Source of the DNA: a bacterium
Lineage (GTDB): Bacteria > Patescibacteriota > Dojkabacteria > GCA-016699595 > JBAXKR01
DNA: 64,000 nucleotides
Assembly (NCBI GenBank): GCA_037131125.1
Contig: JBAXRR010000003.1
Span: 3,682-67,681, forward strand
Direction of reading: 5' to 3'
Below are positions 32,720 through 43,227 of the stretch, in pieces. Made by a program: the position numbers and the translations under genes. The first letter of the stretch is position 1, and every line of letters begins with the position of its first letter. Below the pieces are notes generated by a model, which was not told the origin of the DNA, did no database searches, and saw only the letters and a program-made list of their open reading frames with translations.

Positions 32720-33634
32720 CTATTCTCTATTTTTATTAACTTCTCCACTTACGATCATTGCATCTCTAATCTGATTAGCAATATCTGTCATTCCTGCAGG
32801 AGAATGTGGAAGAAGTATTGTATTTGTATGTGATGACTGCCCTATTTCTTTTAATGTATCAAAGTATTGTGTAAGGAGGACTAAGTTCATTACATCTTGT
32901 GGAGTTGATCCCTGAATACTTTTTTGGAATTCATCAACAGATTCCCTAAGTCCTTCGATAATTGCTTTTCTTTGATCAGCAATACCTTTTCCTTGAAGTG
33001 CTTTAGACATTGCTTCAGCTTCTGCCGATTTAACCTTTAAGATTTTTTCAGCTTCTCCTTTCTCATTTGCAGCAATTCTTAATCTTTGTGCTGAGTTAAT
33101 TTCATTCATAGATTCTTTTACTTTAGCATCGGGTTCAATATCTGTAACAAGTGCGTTAAGAATTTCAAAACCAAAGTTCTTCATTGTCTCATTTAATTCG
33201 TTCTTTACTGCATATGCAATTTCATCTTTTTTCTCGAATAAGTCATCTAGGTTTATCTTTGGAACACGTGATCTAATAACATCGAAAACATATGAGTTTA
33301 TTTGGATAGATGGATCGTTAAGTCTGTAGAAAGCATCATATACTTTTTCTGGTAATGCATAATACTGAACTGAAACTACAACATGAACAAATACATTATC
33401 TAATGTCTTTGTCTCTGCTCTAACATCAAGTTGTTGAACTCTTAAAGATACATAACCTCGAATATTATCTACGAAAGGCATCTTTAAATTAAGTCCAGAT
33501 GATGCAACTCGAACAAATTTACCAAATCTTTCAACAATAGCAACTGTTTGTTGCTTAACTGTGAAGAAAGAGGTAGCAAGTATTATAACTGCTGCAAATA
33601 GGACTACGCATACTATTATTATTGCAAATTCCAT
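32720..33634 (-). CDS. SPFH/band-7 (stomatin/prohibitin-like) membrane protein
   Basis: N-terminal TM, then VKQQTVAIVERFGKF...GLNLKMPFVD SPFH core. Confidence 0.75.
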   Translation of the reverse strand: MEFAIIIVCVVLFAAVIILATSFFTVKQQTVAIVERFGKFVRVASSGLNLKMPFVDNIRGYVSLRVQQLDVRAETKTLDNVFVHVVVSVQYYALPEKVYDAFYRLNDPSIQINSYVFDVIRSRVPKINLDDLFEKKDEIAYAVKNELNETMKNFGFEILNALVTDIEPDAKVKESMNEINSAQRLRIAANEKGEAEKILKVKSAEAEAMSKALQGKGIADQRKAIIEGLRESVDEFQKSIQGSTPQDVMNLVLLTQYFDTLKEIGQSSHTNTILLPHSPAGMTDIANQIRDAMIVSGEVNKNRE

Positions 33635-33706
33635 GAATTAAAGATGTAATAACTAGATGAATAATTATATCACCAATATTGGCTTGGTAAAAGGAATACT
33701 CTATGT

Positions 33707-34894
33707 ATGTATTCGTCATATTTGCTTATAGCTTATGGCAGGATATATAATTCCGGCATGTTTATCCCAGATCAAAATTTGGAAGGGCCAGCTCTATTTG
33801 TTGCATTTGCCGATGCGGTCAGTAATTACGGTGAATATCTGGAACATTTTAAACCAGATACCTTCGTTTATGCGAGAGATGGTGGTGGTGTTGAGTTATT
33901 TGCTAAAGAATTAGGCTCTTGCCCCATTGTATTTTTTAACGGATTTCTTGACCTGAGTCACCTATCTTTTACCTCTGATGGAGATAAGATAGAAACTCAG
34001 GATAGAATCAATTTTCTTGTTGATGTTTGCCAGAGACTAACAGAATTTGATGAAGTTGATTGGGATGTCATGACTAGAGAAGTTTTTCCTAAATTAATTA
34101 AAGTATATAGATGGGATGCACTAGCTGAGAATTCTAGATATGGGCATTCGAATGCAGGATATAGGGAAGGTGATTTTGTTCATTCATTAGGTGCTCTTGT
34201 TATTGCAATTGATGTTTTTAGAAAGATTACTCATGAATATATTCAGAATGAAGAGGATGTATCAAGATATAAACAATTACAAGTTGCATTAGCTAGAATG
34301 GTGCTATTACATGATTGGGGAGAAATTGTTACGGGAGATACATCTCAACTTAATCCGGGTCATTCTAATAGAGATAAGAGTGACGAAGTTAGATTACTGG
34401 GAGAGTATATAGATCAGCTCCCTTTCACTGAGGGATTTAAGACAGAGAGTAAATTCTTAGTAGGTCTTTTTGAAGGGACTAATATTCCAGCAACTCCAGA
34501 AAATAATCTAATAAAATGGATTGCAAAATTTGCAGATAAGTATTCGGGAACCTATGTATATTTCAAGCTTTCTACCAAGTTTGTATCACGAAATCATGGA
34601 ACGAACGTACTCGATTTAGCAGGATTTAATATTGGTACGAGTGGATTATCTTGGGAAACGGTTACAAAGTCTTTTGACGAACTGGGTAAAACATCTCATT
34701 CACTTATGGATTCCGTAAAGGGAATGGGATTTATTGATCAAGGATACTTAAGTAGCTTATATACATTGTTTAGTAGTGAATATATTGCAAACCTACTTGG
34801 ATATATACCTCCTCCTCCTCCAACTCCCATAACTCCTCATGATCCCAATGATGGAAACTACTATAGAGACAATTCTGTTTTCTCTGATCTCTGA
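33707..34894 (+). CDS. HD-domain phosphohydrolase (YfbR-like 5'-deoxynucleotidase family), with a Pro-rich C-terminus
   Basis: VHSLGALVIA ... LLHDWGEIVTGDT matches the H..HD...D pattern of HD hydrolases. Confidence 0.45.
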   Translation: MYSSYLLIAYGRIYNSGMFIPDQNLEGPALFVAFADAVSNYGEYLEHFKPDTFVYARDGGGVELFAKELGSCPIVFFNGFLDLSHLSFTSDGDKIETQDRINFLVDVCQRLTEFDEVDWDVMTREVFPKLIKVYRWDALAENSRYGHSNAGYREGDFVHSLGALVIAIDVFRKITHEYIQNEEDVSRYKQLQVALARMVLLHDWGEIVTGDTSQLNPGHSNRDKSDEVRLLGEYIDQLPFTEGFKTESKFLVGLFEGTNIPATPENNLIKWIAKFADKYSGTYVYFKLSTKFVSRNHGTNVLDLAGFNIGTSGLSWETVTKSFDELGKTSHSLMDSVKGMGFIDQGYLSSLYTLFSSEYIANLLGYIPPPPPTPITPHDPNDGNYYRDNSVFSDL

Positions 34895-35004
34895 TATAAA
34901 TTATTAATGTTCTAAAGGAGAACTTGTGTAATGAACCTGATCTAAGAAGAACACAATCAATGTTGAGATTGTAAAAGAAGTGTGCGTAATTGAATGAAAT
35001 GGAT

Positions 35005-35619
35005 CTATTCCAAGCTATCTGAATATTCCTTATGAAGATAGAAGTAAAGATCAAATTTCCCATATTGTCTTTTCTCAACCATTACAAGTGGTCCAATTTC
35101 ATTTGGAAGTGTTTCTTGAATAGGACAATCTGTTATTAGGATTCCATCAGGCTTTAAGATTCTTGATGCCAATCTAATTGTTTCTTCGTTAATTTCTTTA
35201 TATGGAGGAGTTATGAAAATAAGGTCAAAGAACTTAAGTTCAAACTTACCCTTTTCTATGGATTCCCCATTTTTGAGTTTATGAGCTTTCTTTGCAAGTT
35301 TAACAAGATAGTCTATTGCATCCATTTTGAATATTTCGTATCTATCATGGGTGAATTCACATGTTTTAATGTTTGCTTCAATACAATCTATAGATTCTTT
35401 TGCTATATCTAGAAATACAGCTTTTTTAGCTCCCCTACTTAAGGATTCAAGTCCAAGAGCACCTGAACCAGCAAAAAGATCTAGAACTTCTGAATCTTTC
35501 ATCTTTGAGTTGAGCATACTAAATAGAGAGCTTTTTGCCCTATCCGTCATAGGTCTTGTTCCCTCTACTGGTACCTTAAGTTCTTTGTTTTTAGCTGTTC
35601 CTGTAATTATTCTAAGCAT
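35005..35619 (-). CDS. rsmD: 16S rRNA (guanine966-N2)-methyltransferase RsmD
   Basis: DLFAGSGALGLESLSRGA and the FITPPY (DPPY-like) motif. Confidence 0.8.
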   Translation of the reverse strand: MLRIITGTAKNKELKVPVEGTRPMTDRAKSSLFSMLNSKMKDSEVLDLFAGSGALGLESLSRGAKKAVFLDIAKESIDCIEANIKTCEFTHDRYEIFKMDAIDYLVKLAKKAHKLKNGESIEKGKFELKFFDLIFITPPYKEINEETIRLASRILKPDGILITDCPIQETLPNEIGPLVMVEKRQYGKFDLYFYLHKEYSDSLE

Positions 35620-35638
35620 ACCTGATTATATCATCTCC

Positions 35639-36835
35639 TTACTTATTATCTGAAAATATCCTTGTATCTTCATCTCCAAGTCTCCAGTAGAATATCTTTC
35701 CTATACCTATACTCATAAGGAGATCTCTTCTTTTCTTGTCTACCTCATAATCTGTGTACCAAGCTTCATATGTTTTTCCGTTCTCTTTGTATGTAAGTAA
35801 TTTCTCTCCTGTTTCAGAATCTAACACATCTGAAACAAGTCCACTTTTCTTTCTGTAAGCCAATATGTCTGTATATGTAATTGGAGTTTTATTTCCATCT
35901 TGGTCATATCTATATCCATATTCAGGTAAACCTATACTTATCTTTTCTTTAGGTATTTTAGATTCAGCATATCTTGCTACATCTTCCATCCAGAATATTG
36001 GGGTAACTGCGTAACTTTTCTTAATTGGAGTTGTGTAGTCATAGACCATGATTCTAATTGTATCTGCAAGTGTGGATAGAAATACCCAATCCTGATTACG
36101 TCTTGTTGGTGTTGAGTTTTCTGTTATGAAGTCTTTTGAAAGGACTGTAATAACTAACTTTTTATTTTCTTTCTTTAATCTTCCTGAAAGATCTGTCATA
36201 AATGCTTCATATTGATCCTTCATCCCCTCTTCTACATTTTCATAATCCATATCTATTCCTGCATAGCTATTCTTAACAGCATAATTAACAATAGCAGATG
36301 TATGTGCTTCAAGTTTAGTAGGATCATTAAGAATTTTAGAAAAATCTTCATACACGAAGGAAGAAATTGAAGGAATGAGGTCTATGTTGTTTGTTTTACA
36401 ATATGCAATTAAGGTTTTGTCATTTGTAGCAGCTTTAGTAGCAAGTCCATCTTTTTGTTTTGGATCTAGTGTAAACCATACAGGAGTTATTGTTTTAAAT
36501 GAGGATGAATACTTTTTGAAAACATCAAATCCTTTTTTGAAAGCAAAATCTGCAATATATGCATCTACATCTTGGTGGGTAACAGCTACTTCTGAAGAAA
36601 CACTTTCAGAACTTGAAACTTGAGATGAAGCTATGCTCGATGTATTAGGACTGATTACTGTAGATATATCCACAGGCTTATTGTTTACAAGTTGTGAGAT
36701 TAAATTTGGTATTGCAGAAAAGTCTAAACTCCCATATTTGTTACTAGAAAATGTTAAAGCAAATGTGGCAAATAGGAACACAAGACTTCCTAAAAATAGA
36801 AAAAAGATTACTTTTAATACACTTGGTGGTTTCAT
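35639..36835 (-). CDS. membrane-anchored glycoside hydrolase family 18-like protein
   Basis: N-terminal TM plus Ser-rich linker. The GH18 catalytic DxDxE motif is present as AGIDMDYE. Confidence 0.5.
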   Translation of the reverse strand: MKPPSVLKVIFFLFLGSLVFLFATFALTFSSNKYGSLDFSAIPNLISQLVNNKPVDISTVISPNTSSIASSQVSSSESVSSEVAVTHQDVDAYIADFAFKKGFDVFKKYSSSFKTITPVWFTLDPKQKDGLATKAATNDKTLIAYCKTNNIDLIPSISSFVYEDFSKILNDPTKLEAHTSAIVNYAVKNSYAGIDMDYENVEEGMKDQYEAFMTDLSGRLKKENKKLVITVLSKDFITENSTPTRRNQDWVFLSTLADTIRIMVYDYTTPIKKSYAVTPIFWMEDVARYAESKIPKEKISIGLPEYGYRYDQDGNKTPITYTDILAYRKKSGLVSDVLDSETGEKLLTYKENGKTYEAWYTDYEVDKKRRDLLMSIGIGKIFYWRLGDEDTRIFSDNK

Positions 36836-36885
36836 GACTATATTCTTGCAGAACTAATCTATTAATGCAAAGAAGTTAATAATCA

Positions 36886-39800
36886 CTAGAAATTAAAGAG
36901 GTTCTTCAAGGTATTAAGTATGAGAGTAGTGACATCTTTCGACACACTTGCAGTAATAGCTACTGTATTTGATGAGTATCCAGTATTGTTTGCCTTATCA
37001 TTAGATATTGCTCTAAAGTGATATACCTTAGAAGGCTCTAATCCTGAGATAACTACTTGATGATTTAGCGTAAGGTTAAAATCAGTAGTAGTCTTAGTAT
37101 TGTATGTATCCGAATATCCATCTCCATACTCTACACTTGTTGTAGCAGGCTCATCCGTATTCCAATTAAGAACCACTTGAGACTTCTGGTTATTGGTATT
37201 CTCATTAGTAACTGGGTTAGTATCTATTGTAAGTTCACTAATAGCTGGAGGTCTTGTATCTGTAGATGTAGTAAATTTAATTGATTCACTTACTGCTTCG
37301 TTACCTACCTTATCTCTTCCTTTAACTATTAATATATATGGAGTATCTGGATTAAGTTGGTTCATAGTCATCTTGTGATCACCTTTGACTAAAGTCAAAT
37401 TAACAAGATCTCTAGAACTTGTAGGTAAACCTTCTGGATAGTATGTGACAATAGATGACTCCTCTGTATTCGTGATCCACGAAACGATTAAAGTAGTTTC
37501 AGCTGTATTCTTTACTTGTTGTAACTTAATGTTTGTTACAGTTGGTCTTGGTAATGTTGTGAAGTCTAGAATTAAATTATCATACTCGTTTCCTTCTGTG
37601 TCTATAGTGTTAATTTTGTAATAGTATTTTGTTCCATCTTGAAGACCGTCTAAAGTGAGCGAATAATTTGTTTCTGAAACTGATGTTGCCAATTCTTTTG
37701 CACCTCCAAAGGAAGTGGAAATACCATAGTATAGTTTTACTTTTGATGCTTTGATAGAGGTAAAATCTATTTGTGCACTGCTAATGCTCACATATCTGGT
37801 AACAGTGTTTTTAACAATTGGAGCAGAATCGGTAGTAAATATTTTTTCATCAGACTGTCCTGTGTTTCCATCTTCGTCAGTCCAGCTCACTTTGAAAAAA
37901 TAACTTGTTGAGGGTTTAAGATTTGTTAGGTTAACAATATGATCCGTATTTTGTGCTGAATTCCCAACCTCATCTTTAAAGTATTCTCCGGAAGCTAATC
38001 CATATGATACTTTTGAATCACTTGATCTATCTGTTGTCCAAGATATTTCACCTGTTCGAATACCTGAGATAACATTAGGTCCGGAATTTAATTTAGCGGG
38101 ATTTTTAAATTTACCTTTAGGAGTTAATGTAACTGCGTTTGTATATGAAGGACTTGCTTTAGATTCATCTGAATTATCTGTTGTTCCAACTCTCCAGTAA
38201 TATGGTTTAGATTCAGCAACAGTATCTATGTACGAATTGCCTGTAGTTGTGTCTACATCAGTCCATGTTGTTCCGTTTTCTGATCTTTGTATTTTATATG
38301 TTAGTGTTCCTGTTCCTTGATATGCAGGATTTTCCCATACTAAAGAACCTCTCCAAAGTAATGCCTCCTTAATTGAAGCGTCACTTACCAATAGGTTAAG
38401 TGCAGGATCTGGGAGAGATGAGTTAAGTACAAATTTTCCTTTAAGACAGCTAGAACCAGAATAATTGTTCACATTATCTACGGACACTACATATACTGTA
38501 TTATCTCCTTTAACAGCTCCAATGAGTTTTTGTATTGGTACACTGTTTGTGAGTACTGGAATATATGTAGCAGAATTTGAAAGAATGGAAGAATACGAAT
38601 TAGGTGGGTTCGTATTAACCATATAGTAGTATGATTTTATTGTTTTACCTAATGCAGGTACTGCTGCATCCCAAGAAAGTGCAAAAAGATTTGAGTTTAA
38701 TGCTGATGGAGTAAGAGTAATTCCAGTTTCATCTAAACAAGATTTTGAAAATGTAGGTGCTTCTCCACCATATGAAATATTTGCGGTTCTATATGTTCCT
38801 TGAATTGAAGTGTTTCCTATACTATCTATAGTTCGAAAGTAAATTACATTATTGCCAACAATAATATCTGATCCATCTCTTACAGGATCTAAATAATATG
38901 GTTGCGCTTCCCCAACTGGAATGTATTTAACTCCAAGTGTAGGGTCATTGAAAGATCCATTCCAACTTCCACTGGTCCCATTGATTTTGTATTGCCATCC
39001 AATGACTTGTGACTCGTTATCTATTGAAGCTGTTCCACCAGTTGTTGGCCATGTGAAAAACATATCTGAAATATTGAAAAAACTTCCATTTGTTGAAGAG
39101 ATGTAAGTTACATTTGTTGGAGGTGTATTATCAAATCTAAATTGAAAACTTGTTGAAGCACCTTGATATATATTATTACCAACATCTATTGCTTTTATAC
39201 TTAAGTAGTATGGTGATGTAGAAGATGTTAATGCACTTGCTAAATATCCACTAGTTGATAAATCTAATGAAGTCCCAGCCACAATGAACTGACAAGTTGA
39301 ACCAACTGTTGATACTGGAGATGTTCCAAGAATTCCCTTAACAGTTGCTGGATCTCCAGCTGTAGTTATATTTAGGTTTAAACAATATCCCTTAATGCCC
39401 TTTCCACCTACATTATCTATACCCGCTGTCCAAGTAAAATATGGTGTAGAAGAGTTTGTCCAAGCATTTGAGGATATTCCAGTCCCCCCATTACTCGTAT
39501 ACATTAATATACTGCTCGCATTTGTTGGAGGAGGTGTAACATCAGACTCTGTTTTATTGATAGTAATATCTGAAAATACAGGAGTCGTATTATCTGCTGT
39601 ATTTAAAGTCACTTCATATTGAACATACCTTTGATTGTTTGTTACACACCCACCAGTTGATATATTTGCACCAGATGCAATAGCAGTACATGAGGAGAAT
39701 GCAGTTGCACCAGACATAGTAGATGAATTACTTGATCTTACTTTTACAGAAACACTTCCGGAACTATTATATCCGAGTGTAGTCCAATCTTGTCCAACAG

Positions 39801-41241
39801 TTGAATCAAAAATATTTGAGGTTACACTTCCTGTTGTAACATATGTGTTTAAACTTATATTATCTATGTATACTGTTTTGTTTCCTTTAAACTGTACACC
39901 ATAAGTTCTTACTGCATTTGCACCTACTACTGTTCCTGTTAACTGATACCAACCACTTCCAACAGAATTATATGTTGTTGTGATAGTTGAACCATTTGAA
40001 AAGAGTTCAATATCAGAAGATGTTACTGCTGAGCCATTGGTGTATGCATATGTTGAAATATTATATGTATTTGTATCTCCAAGATTGATTGACTGTGTAA
40101 ATTCCCCTTTCCTTGTTCCCGTTGAAACTAACTTTGCACTTCCTGTACTTCCACCATATTTAGTAACAGTATCTCTTGTAGCAGAAGTTATTCCTGTTGT
40201 AATAGCTATATTATATTTATCCCTTAGATAATTTTCGATTCTTCCTCTATTATCACTTGAAAGTCCTGTGTTATATACGATTACTTCAGCAATATCTTCA
40301 TTTTGATAATGCCCACCTGCGTTAAATCTACCAAGATCTATGTTGGCAAGATTAGTTGCAGTGAAATCACCACCAACCAAAGTGTATGAAGTTTCGTTTC
40401 CGTTTACTCCATATTTTGAAGCATTTGTACCTTGATCAACTCCAAAGTAATTTCTAATGATTCCGAAGTTATTTAATGCAAAAGCTTGTGAAGTATAATT
40501 TACGCCGTTTGATTTAATTCCCCCTATGTTTCCACTTGCTAGTCCATATGTACCTATGTGGTAACCATTTTGAGGACTACTAAACCCTATTCCTAAACTA
40601 CTGTGTGTTCTGTTTCTAATTACTAAGAAGACCTCTGGCGCTAGTCCTGCAGTTGTAGCTGTTGTTGAAAGATAATCATCTGATCCATCAAATCTAACAG
40701 CAGGTAGGCTGTTAATAGAGTTTGTTATGTAAAGAGGTTTATATGATGCTGTTGATTGAGTGGCATTTGCATTACCACTTGAATCAGTCCAAGTTGTAAC
40801 CGGATCATTGTTGTTAAGTCCAACAATAGCATCTGCTTTAAGCCATAATTTAAGCCCAGTAATAGAGCTTGGCTGAATAGTTGTATTCCAACTAGCTAAA
40901 TCAGATTCAAAACCAGTATTGGATAATTTCTCAACTTTATTTAATGTTATTTGCCCAGGAGTTCCAGTTGTGTCTACATTGGAAGATGACGAGTATGTGT
41001 TTACAGTTGTATTAACTGTTCCTCCAACAACACCTCCGCTCCAATCTGTTTGCGTCCAAGGAGCATCAACAGCAAATATTTTACCAACTCCACTTAGGGT
41101 TATGTAAGCACCAGCAACAATACCAATTGAGATCCAAATGAGAGCAAATATATTTAATTGCCACTTAATAAAATATACCTTCTTCGTAAAGAGTTGATAA
41201 TTAAGATTCTTAAGGTTATTCTTAATTTTATTTAAGAGCAT
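36886..41241 (-). CDS. giant (1451 aa) Thr/Ser/Asn/Gly-rich cell-surface protein with repeated beta-rich (fibronectin-III / Ig-like) modules
   Basis: N-terminal membrane anchor. Long low-charge T/S/N/G-rich repeats. Confidence 0.55.
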   Translation of the reverse strand: MLLNKIKNNLKNLNYQLFTKKVYFIKWQLNIFALIWISIGIVAGAYITLSGVGKIFAVDAPWTQTDWSGGVVGGTVNTTVNTYSSSSNVDTTGTPGQITLNKVEKLSNTGFESDLASWNTTIQPSSITGLKLWLKADAIVGLNNNDPVTTWTDSSGNANATQSTASYKPLYITNSINSLPAVRFDGSDDYLSTTATTAGLAPEVFLVIRNRTHSSLGIGFSSPQNGYHIGTYGLASGNIGGIKSNGVNYTSQAFALNNFGIIRNYFGVDQGTNASKYGVNGNETSYTLVGGDFTATNLANIDLGRFNAGGHYQNEDIAEVIVYNTGLSSDNRGRIENYLRDKYNIAITTGITSATRDTVTKYGGSTGSAKLVSTGTRKGEFTQSINLGDTNTYNISTYAYTNGSAVTSSDIELFSNGSTITTTYNSVGSGWYQLTGTVVGANAVRTYGVQFKGNKTVYIDNISLNTYVTTGSVTSNIFDSTVGQDWTTLGYNSSGSVSVKVRSSNSSTMSGATAFSSCTAIASGANISTGGCVTNNQRYVQYEVTLNTADNTTPVFSDITINKTESDVTPPPTNASSILMYTSNGGTGISSNAWTNSSTPYFTWTAGIDNVGGKGIKGYCLNLNITTAGDPATVKGILGTSPVSTVGSTCQFIVAGTSLDLSTSGYLASALTSSTSPYYLSIKAIDVGNNIYQGASTSFQFRFDNTPPTNVTYISSTNGSFFNISDMFFTWPTTGGTASIDNESQVIGWQYKINGTSGSWNGSFNDPTLGVKYIPVGEAQPYYLDPVRDGSDIIVGNNVIYFRTIDSIGNTSIQGTYRTANISYGGEAPTFSKSCLDETGITLTPSALNSNLFALSWDAAVPALGKTIKSYYYMVNTNPPNSYSSILSNSATYIPVLTNSVPIQKLIGAVKGDNTVYVVSVDNVNNYSGSSCLKGKFVLNSSLPDPALNLLVSDASIKEALLWRGSLVWENPAYQGTGTLTYKIQRSENGTTWTDVDTTTGNSYIDTVAESKPYYWRVGTTDNSDESKASPSYTNAVTLTPKGKFKNPAKLNSGPNVISGIRTGEISWTTDRSSDSKVSYGLASGEYFKDEVGNSAQNTDHIVNLTNLKPSTSYFFKVSWTDEDGNTGQSDEKIFTTDSAPIVKNTVTRYVSISSAQIDFTSIKASKVKLYYGISTSFGGAKELATSVSETNYSLTLDGLQDGTKYYYKINTIDTEGNEYDNLILDFTTLPRPTVTNIKLQQVKNTAETTLIVSWITNTEESSIVTYYPEGLPTSSRDLVNLTLVKGDHKMTMNQLNPDTPYILIVKGRDKVGNEAVSESIKFTTSTDTRPPAISELTIDTNPVTNENTNNQKSQVVLNWNTDEPATTSVEYGDGYSDTYNTKTTTDFNLTLNHQVVISGLEPSKVYHFRAISNDKANNTGYSSNTVAITASVSKDVTTLILNTLKNLFNF

Positions 41242-41313
41242 AAATATACAAACCTAATCCATAAATATGAACTAAGTATATAATATATGAATTCAGGAAT
41301 AATTCAAGGATGA

Positions 41314-41790
41314 TTATTTTCTGTAGGATTTTGTAGATTCATACGCAACTATTCCAAAACTTGTAGCAACATTAAGAGATTCTTTAATTCCATTCATTGG
41401 GATTTCAACTATTTTGTCAGATATTTTAAGTATTTCTTTGTCTACTCCGTTTATTTCATTTCCCATAACTAAAACAGTTTTCTCTGGGTATTCGATCTTG
41501 TCGTACTGAACTGCTACTGGGGATAGTTCAACTGAATATATGGTATATCCTTGTTCTTTTAATTCTTTTACTTTTTCAATAGAGTCTTTTGAGTACTCCC
41601 ATTCAACTGATTCCAAAGATCCTAGAGCTGTTTTTTGAAGTTTAGGATTTGGTGGATATGCTGTTATTCCACAAATGAATATTTTAGATATTCCAGACGC
41701 ATCTGAAGTTCTAAAAATAGATCCAACATTAAAGGTGGACCTTATGTTATCTAGAAGTACATATATTGGATATTTTATCTTTGGTACCAT
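41314..41790 (-). CDS. SpoU/TrmH-family RNA 2'-O-methyltransferase (TrmL-sized)
   Basis: SPOUT motifs SIFRTSDASG and LVMGNEINGV. 158 aa. Confidence 0.65.
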   Translation of the reverse strand: MVPKIKYPIYVLLDNIRSTFNVGSIFRTSDASGISKIFICGITAYPPNPKLQKTALGSLESVEWEYSKDSIEKVKELKEQGYTIYSVELSPVAVQYDKIEYPEKTVLVMGNEINGVDKEILKISDKIVEIPMNGIKESLNVATSFGIVAYESTKSYRK

Positions 41791-42374
41791 TTTTTCTTTA
41801 TATCTATGAAAGTAAGTTTTTCCATATCCATATTATACTTCTTCTCTACCCTTTCTAGTAAGTCTAAGTCCTCATAATGCTTATGTATGTCTTGAGATGC
41901 AATGTAGAATACTCTGTCAAAGTTAGTTAAAGCTTTTAAAATAATTGTCTCAGCATGTTCTGTTCTTTTGGATGCGTTATAAAATACTGCTCTATTTGGG
42001 GAATATTGGGATATGTTTTGATCAACTTCTTTTTTGTTATTAAGTATCTCTAAATGCTCAAGTGGTATTTTGGAATCTTTAACAAATACTTCGAATAGTT
42101 GTTTTTCTAAAGGTTTGAAGATTATCATGGGTCTATCTGTAAAAATCCATGAAGATGAATTCCATATTATATTCCTGAATGCTCGAAGTTTTGTTTCTCT
42201 AATTCTAAATAGAAAGGTGTGTATACTAAATGGCCACATAAGAAGTACACCATCAAGATCGAATATGACTAAGTCTTTATCTGTAAGCTCTTTCCATCTC
42301 GGAGTATTGTTTTCGTAAACTTCTTCAATACTTGTATATGATTCTATTTTAAATTTTTGATTATTCTCTTGCAT
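41775..42374 (-). CDS. hypothetical protein, possibly HAD-like
   Basis: VIFDLDGVLL resembles HAD motif I. Remainder unassigned. Confidence 0.3.
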   Translation of the reverse strand: MQENNQKFKIESYTSIEEVYENNTPRWKELTDKDLVIFDLDGVLLMWPFSIHTFLFRIRETKLRAFRNIIWNSSSWIFTDRPMIIFKPLEKQLFEVFVKDSKIPLEHLEILNNKKEVDQNISQYSPNRAVFYNASKRTEHAETIILKALTNFDRVFYIASQDIHKHYEDLDLLERVEKKYNMDMEKLTFIDIKKKWYQR

Positions 42375-42390
42375 AAGAGATTTTGAAATT

Positions 42391-43215
42391 CTATCTAGTT
42401 ATGCTAAGTATGAAAAATAGTATTCCAGCTATTATTCTGTATAGAGAAAATACTTCGAGGGAGTGAGTTTTCACAAAATTAATTAGTATTCTTATTGCAA
42501 TTGTTCCAGAGATAAATGATGCCAAGAATCCACAAAATAGTGGAAAGTAAGCTGACATTGGAACTCCTTCTTTAAAGAATTCAAAAAGTCCCAAAATACT
42601 TGAGCCTATTAATGCTGGCATTCCAATAAGGAAAGACATGTTTACAGCTTCTTCTCTTGTGTAACCTAATATTATTCCTGTTGAAATTGTGACACCAGAT
42701 CTTGATGTTCCTCTTACTAATGCAAACATTTGTGAAACTCCAATAACAATAATATCTTTAATACTTAACTTGCTTCTTGTTTTCTGCTTCTTTCCTACTC
42801 TTTCAGCAATTATCATATATACTCCAACTACTACCATCATTATAGAGACAAGAGCAATAGATTGTGACTTAGCTTCCAAAATAGATTTGAATAATACTGC
42901 AGCTATTACTACTGGAATAGATCCAAGTATTACTAAAGTTGCTCTTTTTGAAAATGTGAATTTCCCGAATTTGAAATATGATTCAGCTGTTAATAATTCT
43001 GGGTGAAGTACTTCTTTAATTATTTTAATAATTTCATGTCTTGTGAAAAAGATTAGGGCAATAAGAGTTCCTATATCCATAACTAATTCCTCTGGAAGGG
43101 AAAGTTTGTATTTCATTATATACTCAAATATTGCAATATGACCTGATGAAGATACAGGAAGGAATTCTGTAAGACCTTGTACAATACCCAGAATGATAGA
43201 ATTGATTATACTCAT
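42391..43215 (-). CDS. uppP: undecaprenyl-diphosphate phosphatase
   Basis: N-terminal GIVQGLTEFLPVSSSGH signature. 8 TM, 274 aa. Confidence 0.85.
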   Translation of the reverse strand: MSIINSIILGIVQGLTEFLPVSSSGHIAIFEYIMKYKLSLPEELVMDIGTLIALIFFTRHEIIKIIKEVLHPELLTAESYFKFGKFTFSKRATLVILGSIPVVIAAVLFKSILEAKSQSIALVSIMMVVVGVYMIIAERVGKKQKTRSKLSIKDIIVIGVSQMFALVRGTSRSGVTISTGIILGYTREEAVNMSFLIGMPALIGSSILGLFEFFKEGVPMSAYFPLFCGFLASFISGTIAIRILINFVKTHSLEVFSLYRIIAGILFFILSITR

Positions 43216-43227
43216 GATTTTATATGA

